The notes beneath the pieces were generated by a model. The model saw only the letters and a program-made list of their open reading frames with translations. It was not told the origin of the DNA and ran no database searches. The translations under genes were made by a program, and so were the position numbers. From a virus (lineage: Duplodnaviria > Caudoviricetes): DNA of 56,660 nucleotides. The DNA lies in IMG/VR virus record IMGVR_UViG_3300020396_000007, positions 1 through 56,660 of that record; one strand, 5' to 3'. Of the stretch, positions 1-8,641 are shown in pieces (the first letter of the stretch is position 1; each line of letters opens with the position of its first letter).

Positions 1-127
1 TAGCAACGACATCGACACGGACGATGGGGATTGGCTCGCAACCATCCTTGTGCGTGGGTTCAAGGGCTACGGCTCAATGTCCAGCGAGCAGTTGCGCGAC
101 GAGATACGTGAGCGAGATCACATGTGC
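1..127. repeat. Terminal direct repeat, left copy (121/127 identical to 56534..56660)
   Basis: Direct comparison of the two ends; mismatches at positions 31, 46, 49, 54, 67, 84. An ORF reads across the join, so this is probably a circular-assembly overlap. Confidence 0.95.
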
Positions 128-153
128 GAAGTCATCGAGGATGAGGTAGCATC

Positions 154-489
154 ATGAAGTTCGAACCAAAAGATGTACCCACCACCATAGAGTACGAGAT
201 CGAAGTTGGTCACGTAACCTACGCATATGCAACTGACGAAGGCTGTTGGTTGGTAAATGAAAACCCCGATCACTTGGTCGAGGCCACCCATGAGACTGTA
301 CAGTTCGAAGTGTACGTACATTTGAGACTGCCGCAGACAGGGCAAATCGAGATACTACACGAGACTGAGTTCTCACCTGAACGCAAGTACATGGGCGCTA
401 ACATCGCTTTGACAAAATCAAACACCTTGTACGACCAGCTTTGCAGACTATTCCCTGACGCAGATCACTGCGCTCACGGAACGTACTAA
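154..489 (+). CDS. Hypothetical early protein (111 aa)
   Basis: GAGG SD; ATGA-coupled to the ORF that crosses the genome join. Confidence 0.8.
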   Translation: MKFEPKDVPTTIEYEIEVGHVTYAYATDEGCWLVNENPDHLVEATHETVQFEVYVHLRLPQTGQIEILHETEFSPERKYMGANIALTKSNTLYDQLCRLFPDADHCAHGTY

Positions 490-557
490 CCCAAACAAAA
501 CCTCATCACGTACGGGCGACCGACTAATCAAAGATTAGTCGAGGAACCTATAACTAT

Positions 558-590
558 AGATTTCGGCGGTCTCTGCCGAGGTCTCTTTTC
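558..590 (+). terminator. Probable intrinsic terminator
   Basis: AGATTTCGGCGG/CTGCCGAGGTCT 12-bp stem (G-U pairs valid on +) followed by CTTTTC. Confidence 0.55.
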
Positions 591-609
591 TGCTGTCCGC
601 AGATAAACT

Positions 610-642
610 TTGACAGATCGTTCGATGTGTCATATACACTAC
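610..642 (+). promoter_or_regulatory. Sigma70-type promoter for cobS-cobT operon with overlapping 19-bp operator
   Basis: TTGACA(610-615)-N17-TATACA(633-638); GATGTGTCATATACACTAC at 624-642 recurs at 15077 and 8647. Confidence 0.7.
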
Positions 643-666
643 AACCTGACAACTTAGGAGATTTAC

Positions 667-2289
667 ATGTCAGTTACTATCAGAAACCTCATACATAAAC
701 ACAACGCTCGTGATGCACAGCGTATCCTGAGTAACATCATTCGTAAACTCGTAGCAGACGAGGCATGGAAGCCTGTCATCGAGGCGGCGAAGCGTTCGCT
801 CCTCATCAACACCACGCATACTAACTCACGTACAATGAAGTCGGTGAGCATATCACAAATCCTTGACCGTATGTCAGCCCATGCCAATGCTCTGCTTCTC
901 GTAGATGTTTGGCTTGATCGTGGTTTAACCTCAGACAAAGCTCTATGGAAGCTTGTACAGTATTTCGAGGGCGATGATGCTTACGTAGACAGCATAACCT
1001 GCTGGCCGTACGCTCCTAGCCAAGAAGAAATAGACCTCGCCTTGGATCACGACATCACTGACCAACTTGACCTGTCTGATGACGTAGAACCTGTTCAAGA
1101 CGAAGCTACACATAAGACTGCTGATACTCCAACTTCCCCTACTGCGTACGATGTTTCGGCCGACATTGCGGTGGCTGCCAACGTGCTGCTCAAGGCTGCC
1201 ACGGGCGGCGAGATGGACGACTTGCAAAAGCTACTCGATGAAGTCGTAGACTTGCGTAACCGTCCGACCTCCATACTGCCGCCCAAGGTACAAGCGGACG
1301 GTGATATACCAGAAGGTACGCCTGTTCGTGTCAATGCGCTCGACGTATTCTCTGACCGCGATACGTCACCTATGAGTAAGGAAGAGCGTAAGCTGATGAA
1401 CATGGACATCACTACTTACGTCTGGGACGGTGTTCACCCATTAGTTCCCGCGAAAGATCCTAACTACATCTTCAACTGGTCGCACGTTTCAGACGTCCTT
1501 TGGGCTATCGAGAACGGTGACAACTCGTGGCTGACTGGATCAACAGGTACGGGAAAATCTACGTTAGCCGAACAGATCGCTTCGTGGACAGGTCGTATGA
1601 TCGTACGTGTGAACATGGATAGTGCGATTGAACGCCCCGATTTCGTCGGTGCAATGGCGCTCGTGTCCAATGAGGACGGATCACAAGTCACCATGTTCAA
1701 GGATGGTGTGTTGCCGAGGGCCATGCAGTTGCCGTGCATCTTGCTTCTTGACGAGTACGATGCCGTACGTCCCGACATTGCGTACGTTATGCAGCCAGTC
1801 TTGGAGGGTGCCCCTCTGCGGCTCTTAGAAGACGGTGGCCGTATGGTTCACCCACATGCTGACTTCCATATCATTGCGACAGCCAACACGACAGGCACTG
1901 GTGATAGCTCTGGTATGTATGCGGCGGCGGTCAAGGTTCAATCACGCGCACAGATCAACAGGTTCAGCGTGTTCATCAAGGTGGACTACATGGAAACCCA
2001 CCGTGAGATGGATCTTATTAAAAAGTTCGCGCCCGATGTGTCACAGCGAGCGATGGGTTTGCTACAGCAGTTCATCGAATACTATCGGAAGGGCTTTACC
2101 GATGGGACGATTGCTACACCTATCTCTCCACGTAATACGATCACGCTTGGTCGGTACTTGAATACGTTCGAGGGCAAGATCGGTACGAAAACAGCGCTCA
2201 AACGTGCGCTTCAAATGAACGTCATGCTCACGATTGACGAACAGGACGCCATTGCCGTGACAGGCATCATGGATCGTGTGTGTGCGTAA
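667..2289 (+). CDS. cobS: CobS-like / MoxR-family AAA+ ATPase with ~210-aa N-terminal extension
   Basis: Walker A GSTGTGKS, Walker B LLLDEYD, ATANT sensor, FKDGVLP and SPR motifs; AGGAG SD; adjacent to a vWA gene. Confidence 0.88.
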   Translation: MSVTIRNLIHKHNARDAQRILSNIIRKLVADEAWKPVIEAAKRSLLINTTHTNSRTMKSVSISQILDRMSAHANALLLVDVWLDRGLTSDKALWKLVQYFEGDDAYVDSITCWPYAPSQEEIDLALDHDITDQLDLSDDVEPVQDEATHKTADTPTSPTAYDVSADIAVAANVLLKAATGGEMDDLQKLLDEVVDLRNRPTSILPPKVQADGDIPEGTPVRVNALDVFSDRDTSPMSKEERKLMNMDITTYVWDGVHPLVPAKDPNYIFNWSHVSDVLWAIENGDNSWLTGSTGTGKSTLAEQIASWTGRMIVRVNMDSAIERPDFVGAMALVSNEDGSQVTMFKDGVLPRAMQLPCILLLDEYDAVRPDIAYVMQPVLEGAPLRLLEDGGRMVHPHADFHIIATANTTGTGDSSGMYAAAVKVQSRAQINRFSVFIKVDYMETHREMDLIKKFAPDVSQRAMGLLQQFIEYYRKGFTDGTIATPISPRNTITLGRYLNTFEGKIGTKTALKRALQMNVMLTIDEQDAIAVTGIMDRVCA

Positions 2290-2323
2290 TCAATCTTCAA
2301 TCTCAAACAAAAGGAACATGTAA

Positions 2324-4432
2324 ATGTTTACTCAAACTTCAGTCGCAGGACTTCAAACTGAATTGACTAAGCTATCTAAAATTATGGGTGCCGCACATGT
2401 ACGTACCACCTTCATGGGTGACGGTGCGTACACTGATGGCAACATCATCAACGTGCCGCATATGGATGTGACTGCGGAGCTTGACCCAGAGGATCAAGCC
2501 GCAATGCGAGGCTATCACATCCATGAGACAAGCCACGTAACCGATACGGACATGACGATACTGCAACGTAGAACCGTAAAGGGTAAGCCGATCAAGCGCA
2601 TCTGGAACGCGTCCGAAGATGTGTATGTGGAGCGTAAGGCTATCGAGAAGTACGAGGGTGCCAAGCGTAGTATCCAAGCGACCACTGAGAAAGTTCTCGC
2701 AAAAGAAAACAAGTTCTGGAAAGAAAATCCCTTACGTCAAGCCGCTCGGATCACGAGATGGTGGGATGAGATACCGTACGCGGCGTTGCAACAAGGCCGC
2801 AAGAACATGGGGTACGATAGCGAAGCGCTCGATGAATACCTACAAGGTCTACCCAAGCAGTTGAGACGCGAGGCAAGGAAGTACGCCAAGCGTATGGTCG
2901 CCGCTGAAAATTCAGAGCAAGCCCTGCGGGTTGCAAGGGCCATGCAAAAACGCATGAAAAAGTATGGCGATGAGTACGACACCCCCGAAGAGCCGCCTTG
3001 CGATGGCGATGACGGCGAGCAACCTAACGATGGCGATACCCAACAGACAGAGCAGGAGACTAACGAGGGTATCGAAGGGGAGAACGACGACATCGAGGAC
3101 GAAGAAGGTAACACCGATGGCGAGGGTGACGACGAAGGTGACGACGAAGGTACGGGAGATACCGACGAAAGCGACGACGACGACGACGACTTAGACGACC
3201 ACACCGATGGTGACGACGGAGACGGAGACGGCGACTTTCCCGACGACGGAGACATCGACGGGGATCTTGGATGCGACGACGACGACGACGGAGATGGTAC
3301 GCAAGGTACGGGAGATGACCAGGAAGAAGATACTCCCAGGGACGACACCCAGGATGATGGTACGCAAGAGGCCAAGGGTTTCGATCTCGAAGAGGCAGAG
3401 AAACGCGCCGACGAAGCGATGAATGATACATTCGGCAAGTACAACTCAGGCGATCTCGAAGTTAAGTCAGAGTTCAGCAACGTGTTCTACCATCACAATG
3501 AGTATTGGGCGTGGCAAAAAGTCGTGGCTGAAGAAATCATACTGCCGATGTCTAAGGACATGAACCGTACCGACGAAGCGCGAAGTATTGCAAGGCAGAT
3601 CCATAGGCAAATCAATGATTGGTGTAGGTCAATGGAGATTGATCGAACCGAAGTCCTTCACGAAATTCAAAAGAATACCAAGCGTCATATGCCTAGCGAT
3701 CTTAACGCCTACTCAGCAAGACTTGCGCGTATGTTGTTGTCGCAGGAAGAGAGACGCAATGAGGGTGGCTTCAGCTCTGGTCGCATTGATCGGCGGCGTC
3801 TCGCTTCTGTTGCGGCTGGCAATGAAAACGTGTTCGCACGTCCACAGATAATGAAGACAAGCGAGACGCGCATACTCATTGCGATTGATGGCTCATCTTC
3901 CATGAATGATAGATCCACGCGTATCGCTGTGGATGCAGTGAACACATGCCTTGGTCGAGCTAACGTAAGGTTCGACATAGCGGAATGGGGTGGCATGGAT
4001 TGGAGCCATGTCATTGATGGCCTCGATGCAGGTGCCAACTTCACGGTACACAAGAAAGCGAATGAGCATTGGAGAAAGATAGATAAGGCTTTCGACTTCT
4101 GCCCTCAGTCAAGTGACACACCTTCACACACTGGAATGTTGACGTGCGCCAAGTACATGAGCGCATGGACTGAGCCACGCAAGATACTCTTGTTTCTGAC
4201 TGACGGTATGCCAAACGGCTACAATCATGGTGAGTGCGAGATGATCAAGCAACTGACAGTCGTGATGGAACAGAACGGCATGGAAGTGTACGGCGTAGGT
4301 ATCGACGTAGATTTCCCGATGGAAAATTCATTCAACAAGTACGTCGAGTGTAACTTCGACAGCCTTGGTGCAACGATGCTTGGTGGCTTGGAAAAGTTAC
4401 TGATCGAGAAAGGTCACGCTCATGGGTCGTGA
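2324..4432 (+). CDS. cobT: CobT-like protein: N-terminal HExxH domain, acidic linker, C-terminal vWA domain
   Basis: AYTDG, HETSH, WNASED; SGRID; MIDAS DGSSSM and LTDG; long D/E/G-rich linker. Confidence 0.85.
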   Translation: MFTQTSVAGLQTELTKLSKIMGAAHVRTTFMGDGAYTDGNIINVPHMDVTAELDPEDQAAMRGYHIHETSHVTDTDMTILQRRTVKGKPIKRIWNASEDVYVERKAIEKYEGAKRSIQATTEKVLAKENKFWKENPLRQAARITRWWDEIPYAALQQGRKNMGYDSEALDEYLQGLPKQLRREARKYAKRMVAAENSEQALRVARAMQKRMKKYGDEYDTPEEPPCDGDDGEQPNDGDTQQTEQETNEGIEGENDDIEDEEGNTDGEGDDEGDDEGTGDTDESDDDDDDLDDHTDGDDGDGDGDFPDDGDIDGDLGCDDDDDGDGTQGTGDDQEEDTPRDDTQDDGTQEAKGFDLEEAEKRADEAMNDTFGKYNSGDLEVKSEFSNVFYHHNEYWAWQKVVAEEIILPMSKDMNRTDEARSIARQIHRQINDWCRSMEIDRTEVLHEIQKNTKRHMPSDLNAYSARLARMLLSQEERRNEGGFSSGRIDRRRLASVAAGNENVFARPQIMKTSETRILIAIDGSSSMNDRSTRIAVDAVNTCLGRANVRFDIAEWGGMDWSHVIDGLDAGANFTVHKKANEHWRKIDKAFDFCPQSSDTPSHTGMLTCAKYMSAWTEPRKILLFLTDGMPNGYNHGECEMIKQLTVVMEQNGMEVYGVGIDVDFPMENSFNKYVECNFDSLGATMLGGLEKLLIEKGHAHGS

Positions 4433-4742
4433 TCTTAAACTACCCACCACATTCAAACGAAAAGTCTCACCCAAGTTGAAGCGAGAATGGTTTGCGCTTG
4501 CCGATGGTTGGCGACCTCACTCGTGGTGGTGGCACGTGGCGTACGTCATTCGGATAAAACGCGTACGCCACGCTAATGCGGAAAAGATCAAGCGCGTGAT
4601 GCGCTTGATTGATGAGAAACTCCCACATCTTAGAGAGGATTATACTCGTGGAGCTAATTACACAAACACTTCTCTGCCTAGCTATGAACGTCTATCACGA
4701 GGCAAGGTCAGAGGATTTGAACGGACAAGTCGCGGTGGCTGA
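4422..4742 (+). CDS. Hypothetical basic protein (106 aa), 3' part overlapping the next gene
   Basis: Start overlaps the cobT end and fills the gap; the ~95-nt overlap with the hydrolase lowers confidence. Confidence 0.55.
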   Translation: MGRDLKLPTTFKRKVSPKLKREWFALADGWRPHSWWWHVAYVIRIKRVRHANAEKIKRVMRLIDEKLPHLREDYTRGANYTNTSLPSYERLSRGKVRGFERTSRGG

Positions 4743-5037
4743 AGTTACACTGAACAGAGTGAACAGTAGTAAGTACCCAGACAATGTATGCGATGTCGTG
4801 TGGCAGAGAAAGCAGTTCTCTTGGACATTGGATGGCAAGAGCGATGTACCCAAGGATGAACAAGCTTGGCGTAGGGCCAAGCTTGTAGCTTGGTACGCAA
4901 TGGAAAGTGATAGCCGAAAAGTAGTTGGCTACGGAGTGACACACTACCACGCAGATTACGTTCAACCGTATTGGACCACGAGCTTTGAGCGTGTTGCAAA
5001 AATTGGAACGCATATTTTTTATAGGAGTGAGACATGA
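4648..5037 (+). CDS. Cell wall hydrolase, SleB/Hydrolase_2 family
   Basis: CLAMNVYHEARSE, VTLNRV..YPDNVCDVV.Q..QFSW, THYHADYV.P.W, IGTHIFY; GTG at 4648 follows GAGGA (ORF track start 4609). Confidence 0.9.
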   Translation: MELITQTLLCLAMNVYHEARSEDLNGQVAVAEVTLNRVNSSKYPDNVCDVVWQRKQFSWTLDGKSDVPKDEQAWRRAKLVAWYAMESDSRKVVGYGVTHYHADYVQPYWTTSFERVAKIGTHIFYRSET

Positions 5038-5432
5038 AGATCGAAGACTTCAATCAGGAAGATGTACTTCGCGAGAAGATGTTAGCGTTCGAACGAGCGC
5101 AAGCTAAACGCAAGCGGGAAGATGGCAAGCCTCTGCGTGGGCCACTGCCGTGCGATGTACGAGCGAGACACTTAACAGTACCAACGCGAGCGGTGACGCG
5201 GCAAACGATTTACGAAAAACTGATAGCCGTGATCAACGAAGGTGAAGCGATACCGAGCAGTGAGTTCGCATACCGTTCGAAGTTAAATTACAATTCAGTT
5301 GCAACTTATCTGCGCCAAATGAGCGATCACGGATTACTTCATAGGTTGCCGTGCCAGCATCAACACTATGCGTACGTTTACGTTCTGACTGGCAAAAGAA
5401 TTTCCGAAATTCTTGAGGAGCTAAATTACTGA
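5034..5432 (+). CDS. Putative winged-helix DNA-binding protein (132 aa)
   Basis: SSEFAYRSKLNYNSVATYLRQMSDHGLL helix-turn-helix pattern followed by wing-like YVYVLT; AGGAG SD. Confidence 0.6.
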   Translation: MKIEDFNQEDVLREKMLAFERAQAKRKREDGKPLRGPLPCDVRARHLTVPTRAVTRQTIYEKLIAVINEGEAIPSSEFAYRSKLNYNSVATYLRQMSDHGLLHRLPCQHQHYAYVYVLTGKRISEILEELNY

Positions 5433-5689
5433 TGGACTTAAAGTACGTACGCAAAGAGATGTACGTCACCGAGAAAACACCTGCGATAGCCGTCGATGAA
5501 GACGGCTACGTACGGTGCGGATTGACGGCGAAGATGAACGACAATGACCTGCTCGTGTTGGGTCTCGTACTTGCGTTGAAGAATAAAGATTGGAAGGCGA
5601 AGGTGATTGAACGTGTTCGTACGCAAATGGAAGGCGCAAGCACACCAATGTCAGCAGTCACCCGTGCTTTTGATCTCATAAAAAAATAG
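5432..5689 (+). CDS. Hypothetical protein (85 aa)
   Basis: TGATG coupling, GAGGAG SD. Confidence 0.75.
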   Translation: MDLKYVRKEMYVTEKTPAIAVDEDGYVRCGLTAKMNDNDLLVLGLVLALKNKDWKAKVIERVRTQMEGASTPMSAVTRAFDLIKK

Positions 5690-5732
5690 CGTGTTAATAC
5701 TTGTATAGGGGGGCACCCGTCTCGGCCCACGG

Positions 5733-5769
5733 AAAAAGGCACGGCTATCAATGGCCGTGCCTCTCCTTT
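5733..5769. terminator. Bidirectional intrinsic terminator between convergent units
   Basis: AGGCACGGCTA-TCAA-TGGCCGTGCCT flanked by A5 on the left and CTCCTTT on the right. Confidence 0.7.
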
Positions 5770-5920
5770 AATAAACCGTAGTTGAACAATCTACGGTGCG
5801 TGACAGCCAATAAAAGGAGTATAGGCTTCAACGCTGACGTGGTTTACGGCCCTTATGAAACCAAAACGCACTCACGCCTTACGTATTAGGTGGCAAGGAT
5901 GGAGAACCCTGCCACGCCAA

Positions 5921-6622
5921 TTACAAAACTATAGTTGGGTCAACTTGTTCGGGTCTCACAGCATACACTATGGAGCTATACGGTTTACCGTCAGCGTTGT
6001 AAGTTGTGTACTTAGCTTCCACCAGTTTACCATTCTTTAGTAGCGTGACGCACTTGGAAGCAATCTTTTGATAGCACAAAGTTTGTATCTCATTCATGTC
6101 CTTGTATCGCACGGATGTGACCGAGAGTATTGACCAGAGTATATCCACGAAGCCCATCGGCTCTACTCGTAAGGTCTCTAGTATCATGTCAGACAACTCA
6201 CCCTCACCCATGTTTAGTAAAATGCTATACAAATGATCTCTTGCTTCGCGCAAACTAGGTGTGGCTGGTACAGAATTGACAACCTGTTTCGGGGTGTCGG
6301 GTGTGACAACTTCCTCAATGACGTCTTCATCATAGATGTAATCTACCATTGCCGAAGCAGGTATTACCTCATCTTCTTCATCTACTAGACTGCTGTCTTG
6401 GTGATCAGCGTCGAGCTTGAGGGCGATATACTCTGCTGTGTCAAGCTGTTCTGCGTAGTTCTGTTTGACGGTGGCAAAGTAAACGTCTCCGATCTGGATG
6501 TTCATGTACGTTGCCATGTTGACTGGTAAGTAACACGTCTTACCACATTTTGTTTTGCTGTATGCGCCACCTGCTCGTGTCACATACGTAACTTCAATAA
6601 CTTTAGTTGATGTATTCTTCAT
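5921..6622 (-). CDS. Hypothetical protein (233 aa) next to attP
   Basis: Long ORF; beta-rich N-terminus, acidic linker, helical C-terminus; no family recognised. Confidence 0.75.
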   Translation of the reverse strand: MKNTSTKVIEVTYVTRAGGAYSKTKCGKTCYLPVNMATYMNIQIGDVYFATVKQNYAEQLDTAEYIALKLDADHQDSSLVDEEDEVIPASAMVDYIYDEDVIEEVVTPDTPKQVVNSVPATPSLREARDHLYSILLNMGEGELSDMILETLRVEPMGFVDILWSILSVTSVRYKDMNEIQTLCYQKIASKCVTLLKNGKLVEAKYTTYNADGKPYSSIVYAVRPEQVDPTIVL

Positions 6623-6741
6623 TAGTAAACCCGTTCATATTGATGCAAACCTTACGTTTACGGTGAGGTTAAACCCATAAGACGTGACGTCTTTGGGGGT
6701 ATGAACAGACAACGAAAGAAATGTTTAGGGGGGGAGATGTA

Positions 6742-6782
6742 CCTTAGCAGGGGAGCGCCTTCGTCCACTCGGCCACGTCTCC
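6742..6782 (-). tRNA. 5' half of tRNA-Ser(GCU), 41 nt; not a complete tRNA
   Basis: GGAGACG TG GCC GAGTGGACGAA GGC G CTCCC CT-GCT-AA GG = acceptor 5' strand, D arm, anticodon arm; pairing breaks 2 nt past the anticodon loop; no variable arm, T arm or 3' acceptor strand. Confidence 0.9.
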
Positions 6783-6789
6783 GTGGGCG

Positions 6790-6818
6790 GTGATAGCGAT
6801 TACGCTTTTGATCTGCAA
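6790..6818 (-). promoter_or_regulatory. Stable-RNA-style promoter in front of the tRNA half
   Basis: TTGCAG-N17-TATCAC then GC-rich CGCCCAC, then tRNA G1. Confidence 0.65.
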
Positions 6819-6875
6819 GTAGTATTTCCATATTTCCCAAGACATCTTTCGTTGTCTGATTTAGTTGTGTGGCAG

Positions 6876-7889
6876 TCACTCCAAAGAGAGAACAGCCGAT
6901 AGATGATCCTCAAATGTCGTGTTCATGTAGCGCATGACCATCTTCAGATCAGAGTGCCCAAGTAAATCAGCGATCACCTTGGGTGGAGTTCCGTTACGCG
7001 CAAGCCGCGTAGCGAATGTGTGGCGAAGAGCATAGGGTGTCTTCGATATTCTTAAAGCGTCAGTTACCTTACGCCAGTGATAGCCAAGTTGCTTGTTCGT
7101 CTCAAAGGTTTTTCCTTCAAGCAAGAACGCAAAGTTGTGCGGCGGTGGATCACTACGTGGAATTGTAGCGAGTGCCTTTGCGTTGAGCGGTATCCGTCTT
7201 TCGCGGAGTTCGCCGCCAGCGCCTTTGTAACATCCGACCACGACTGTATTGTTTGTAAAGTCTACGTTGTCATAAGATAACGTCATAGCTTCTATTGGTC
7301 GTGCGCCAGTGTGTAATAAAAAGTTACACATTCGTCGGATGTCTGGGTGCAACTCAGGAAAGATACTATCAATCTCTTCTTGAGAAAACGTATCAGTCTT
7401 GGGCGTACCGTCCTTTGGCTTCTTTAACTTTATGGTGTCGCGGAGTTTCAGATGCGCGGCATAATTTAATACGGCTTGGAGTTGATTTAAGTCACGGCGT
7501 ATCGTGGCATTTGAATTGCCTTTGTTGACGTGCTTCTCTTCAACGTATTCCTCGACATCATTTTCGTCTAACTTATTGATCTGGTACTCACCAAAGTAAT
7601 CCGAAAGACGAAGAACATAATCTATCGTAGACTTAGATGCACCAGTGTAAGGTGACTTTAGGTAACGCCGAGCTACCGATTTAAATTTATTCTGAGCGCC
7701 GTGACCTCGAAAACCCACACCAATCTTTATTTTACCAGACAACACATCAGCTTCAAACTCTATGCAAAGTTGCCTTGCATATGCGTAATCTCTGGTGCCA
7801 AGGGAGTGACGAACGCGCAGACCGTTGTAACTTCCAGCGGCTTGGTACGAGTGACCACCACTACGTTTTTTTACTTTGAATAAGGGCAT
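6876..7889 (-). CDS. int: Tyrosine recombinase / integrase
   Basis: TGARPIE (catalytic R), YALRHTFAT, LLGHSD..MV.RY (catalytic Y); likely start MPLFKV at 7889 (ORF track 7958). Confidence 0.95.
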   Translation of the reverse strand: MPLFKVKKRSGGHSYQAAGSYNGLRVRHSLGTRDYAYARQLCIEFEADVLSGKIKIGVGFRGHGAQNKFKSVARRYLKSPYTGASKSTIDYVLRLSDYFGEYQINKLDENDVEEYVEEKHVNKGNSNATIRRDLNQLQAVLNYAAHLKLRDTIKLKKPKDGTPKTDTFSQEEIDSIFPELHPDIRRMCNFLLHTGARPIEAMTLSYDNVDFTNNTVVVGCYKGAGGELRERRIPLNAKALATIPRSDPPPHNFAFLLEGKTFETNKQLGYHWRKVTDALRISKTPYALRHTFATRLARNGTPPKVIADLLGHSDLKMVMRYMNTTFEDHLSAVLSLE

Positions 7890-7891
7890 CT

Positions 7892-8116
7892 TTATACCCC
7901 ATTCCTTTTTGGCGGGGCAATCGGGGAGAAAGGTAAATGACGCTGTTCTCCAACCCAATTGCTAATTGTCTTTACTCGGACGCAAGCTTTTAACCGCGTC
8001 TTTCTCCGCATCATAATCCCGAAGAGGTTATCCATTTTCCATACATCAGTCCACAAATACAATCCGTGGTGGCCTGTCGTGTAGGCCAAGGAATTTCTTG
8101 TTGGTCCTGCATACAT
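7892..8116 (-). CDS. Possible small protein between the LuxR-type gene and int
   Basis: TAATG coupling with AAGGA SD and fills the gap exactly; no recognisable motif. Confidence 0.35.
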   Translation of the reverse strand: MYAGPTRNSLAYTTGHHGLYLWTDVWKMDNLFGIMMRRKTRLKACVRVKTISNWVGEQRHLPFSPIAPPKRNGV

Positions 8117-8580
8117 TATTTAATTCCTTCCTGTGATATAGGTGTCGTTAAATAAATTGCGGCGTGTGGATCTGGCTCACCTTTCTTTAGGTTGTGCCCC
8201 CAATCAATCGGCAACCCACCGCTTGATCGTTGGTAGTCCTCTGGTGTGATCCTGTCCATTATATCACGCATCACCATTGCGGCTTGGCCTCTTGTTTTTG
8301 TGCCAACCTTTTTACATACGGCGCGGACGTGTAGCTTTACCGTATTTTCACCTATATTTAAGATGTAAGCGATGTCTTTATTCGCCCACCCTTCGATCAG
8401 CAGTTGTGCTGTAACGTGTTGCTTCTCTGTCATTGAGCGGCATAGGGCAAGTTCCGAGGGTGATACAGATTGAGTAATTTGTTGTGGGGAATTGGGGTTG
8501 TTCGACAAAAGAATGTTTGTAATGATGTCGAGCTTTGCTTCAAGTCGAGCAATATCATAACGAAGATTTGTATTAGACAT
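8116..8580 (-). CDS. LuxR/GerE-type HTH transcriptional regulator
   Basis: MTEKQ..AQLLIEGWANKDIAYILNIGENTVKLHVRAVCKKVG...R is a canonical GerE HTH; N-terminal short coiled coil; start uncertain (8580 or 8676). Confidence 0.88.
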   Translation of the reverse strand: MSNTNLRYDIARLEAKLDIITNILLSNNPNSPQQITQSVSPSELALCRSMTEKQHVTAQLLIEGWANKDIAYILNIGENTVKLHVRAVCKKVGTKTRGQAAMVMRDIMDRITPEDYQRSSGGLPIDWGHNLKKGEPDPHAAIYLTTPISQEGIK

Positions 8581-8641
8581 GAGGTCATGTTGATCCTTGA
8601 TAGTTGAGTTTGATAAAGCAGTAGATGTGTCTACTACCTCC

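Larger units (their letters stand above)
6706..6858. mobile_element. attP: attP region: tRNA-derived core flanked by 14-bp inverted repeats
   Basis: CAGACAACGAAAGA (6706-6719) and its exact reverse complement (6845-6858) bracket a tRNA fragment immediately downstream of the integrase. Confidence 0.8.

Noticed and set aside
1-127. Diversity-generating retroelement TR/VR pair
   Set aside because: Mismatches are not adenine-specific and no reverse transcriptase is present.
2737-3480. Long antisense Ser/Pro- or Arg-rich ORFs here and at 24765-26966 and 32530-33564
   Set aside because: Shadow frames of low-complexity or biased sense genes; no SD or operon fit.
5832-5865. Hammerhead ribozyme (CTGACG...GAAAC)
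   Set aside because: Core reads CTGACGT rather than CTGANGA, GAAA is used in a competing stem, and stems I/III are not evident.
6742-6782. Complete functional phage tRNA-Ser
   Set aside because: Sequence stops pairing 2 nt after the anticodon loop; no variable arm, T arm or 3' acceptor strand.
6658-6879. 73-aa ORF downstream of int
   Set aside because: Runs across the tRNA half, promoter and inverted repeats; better explained as attP DNA.
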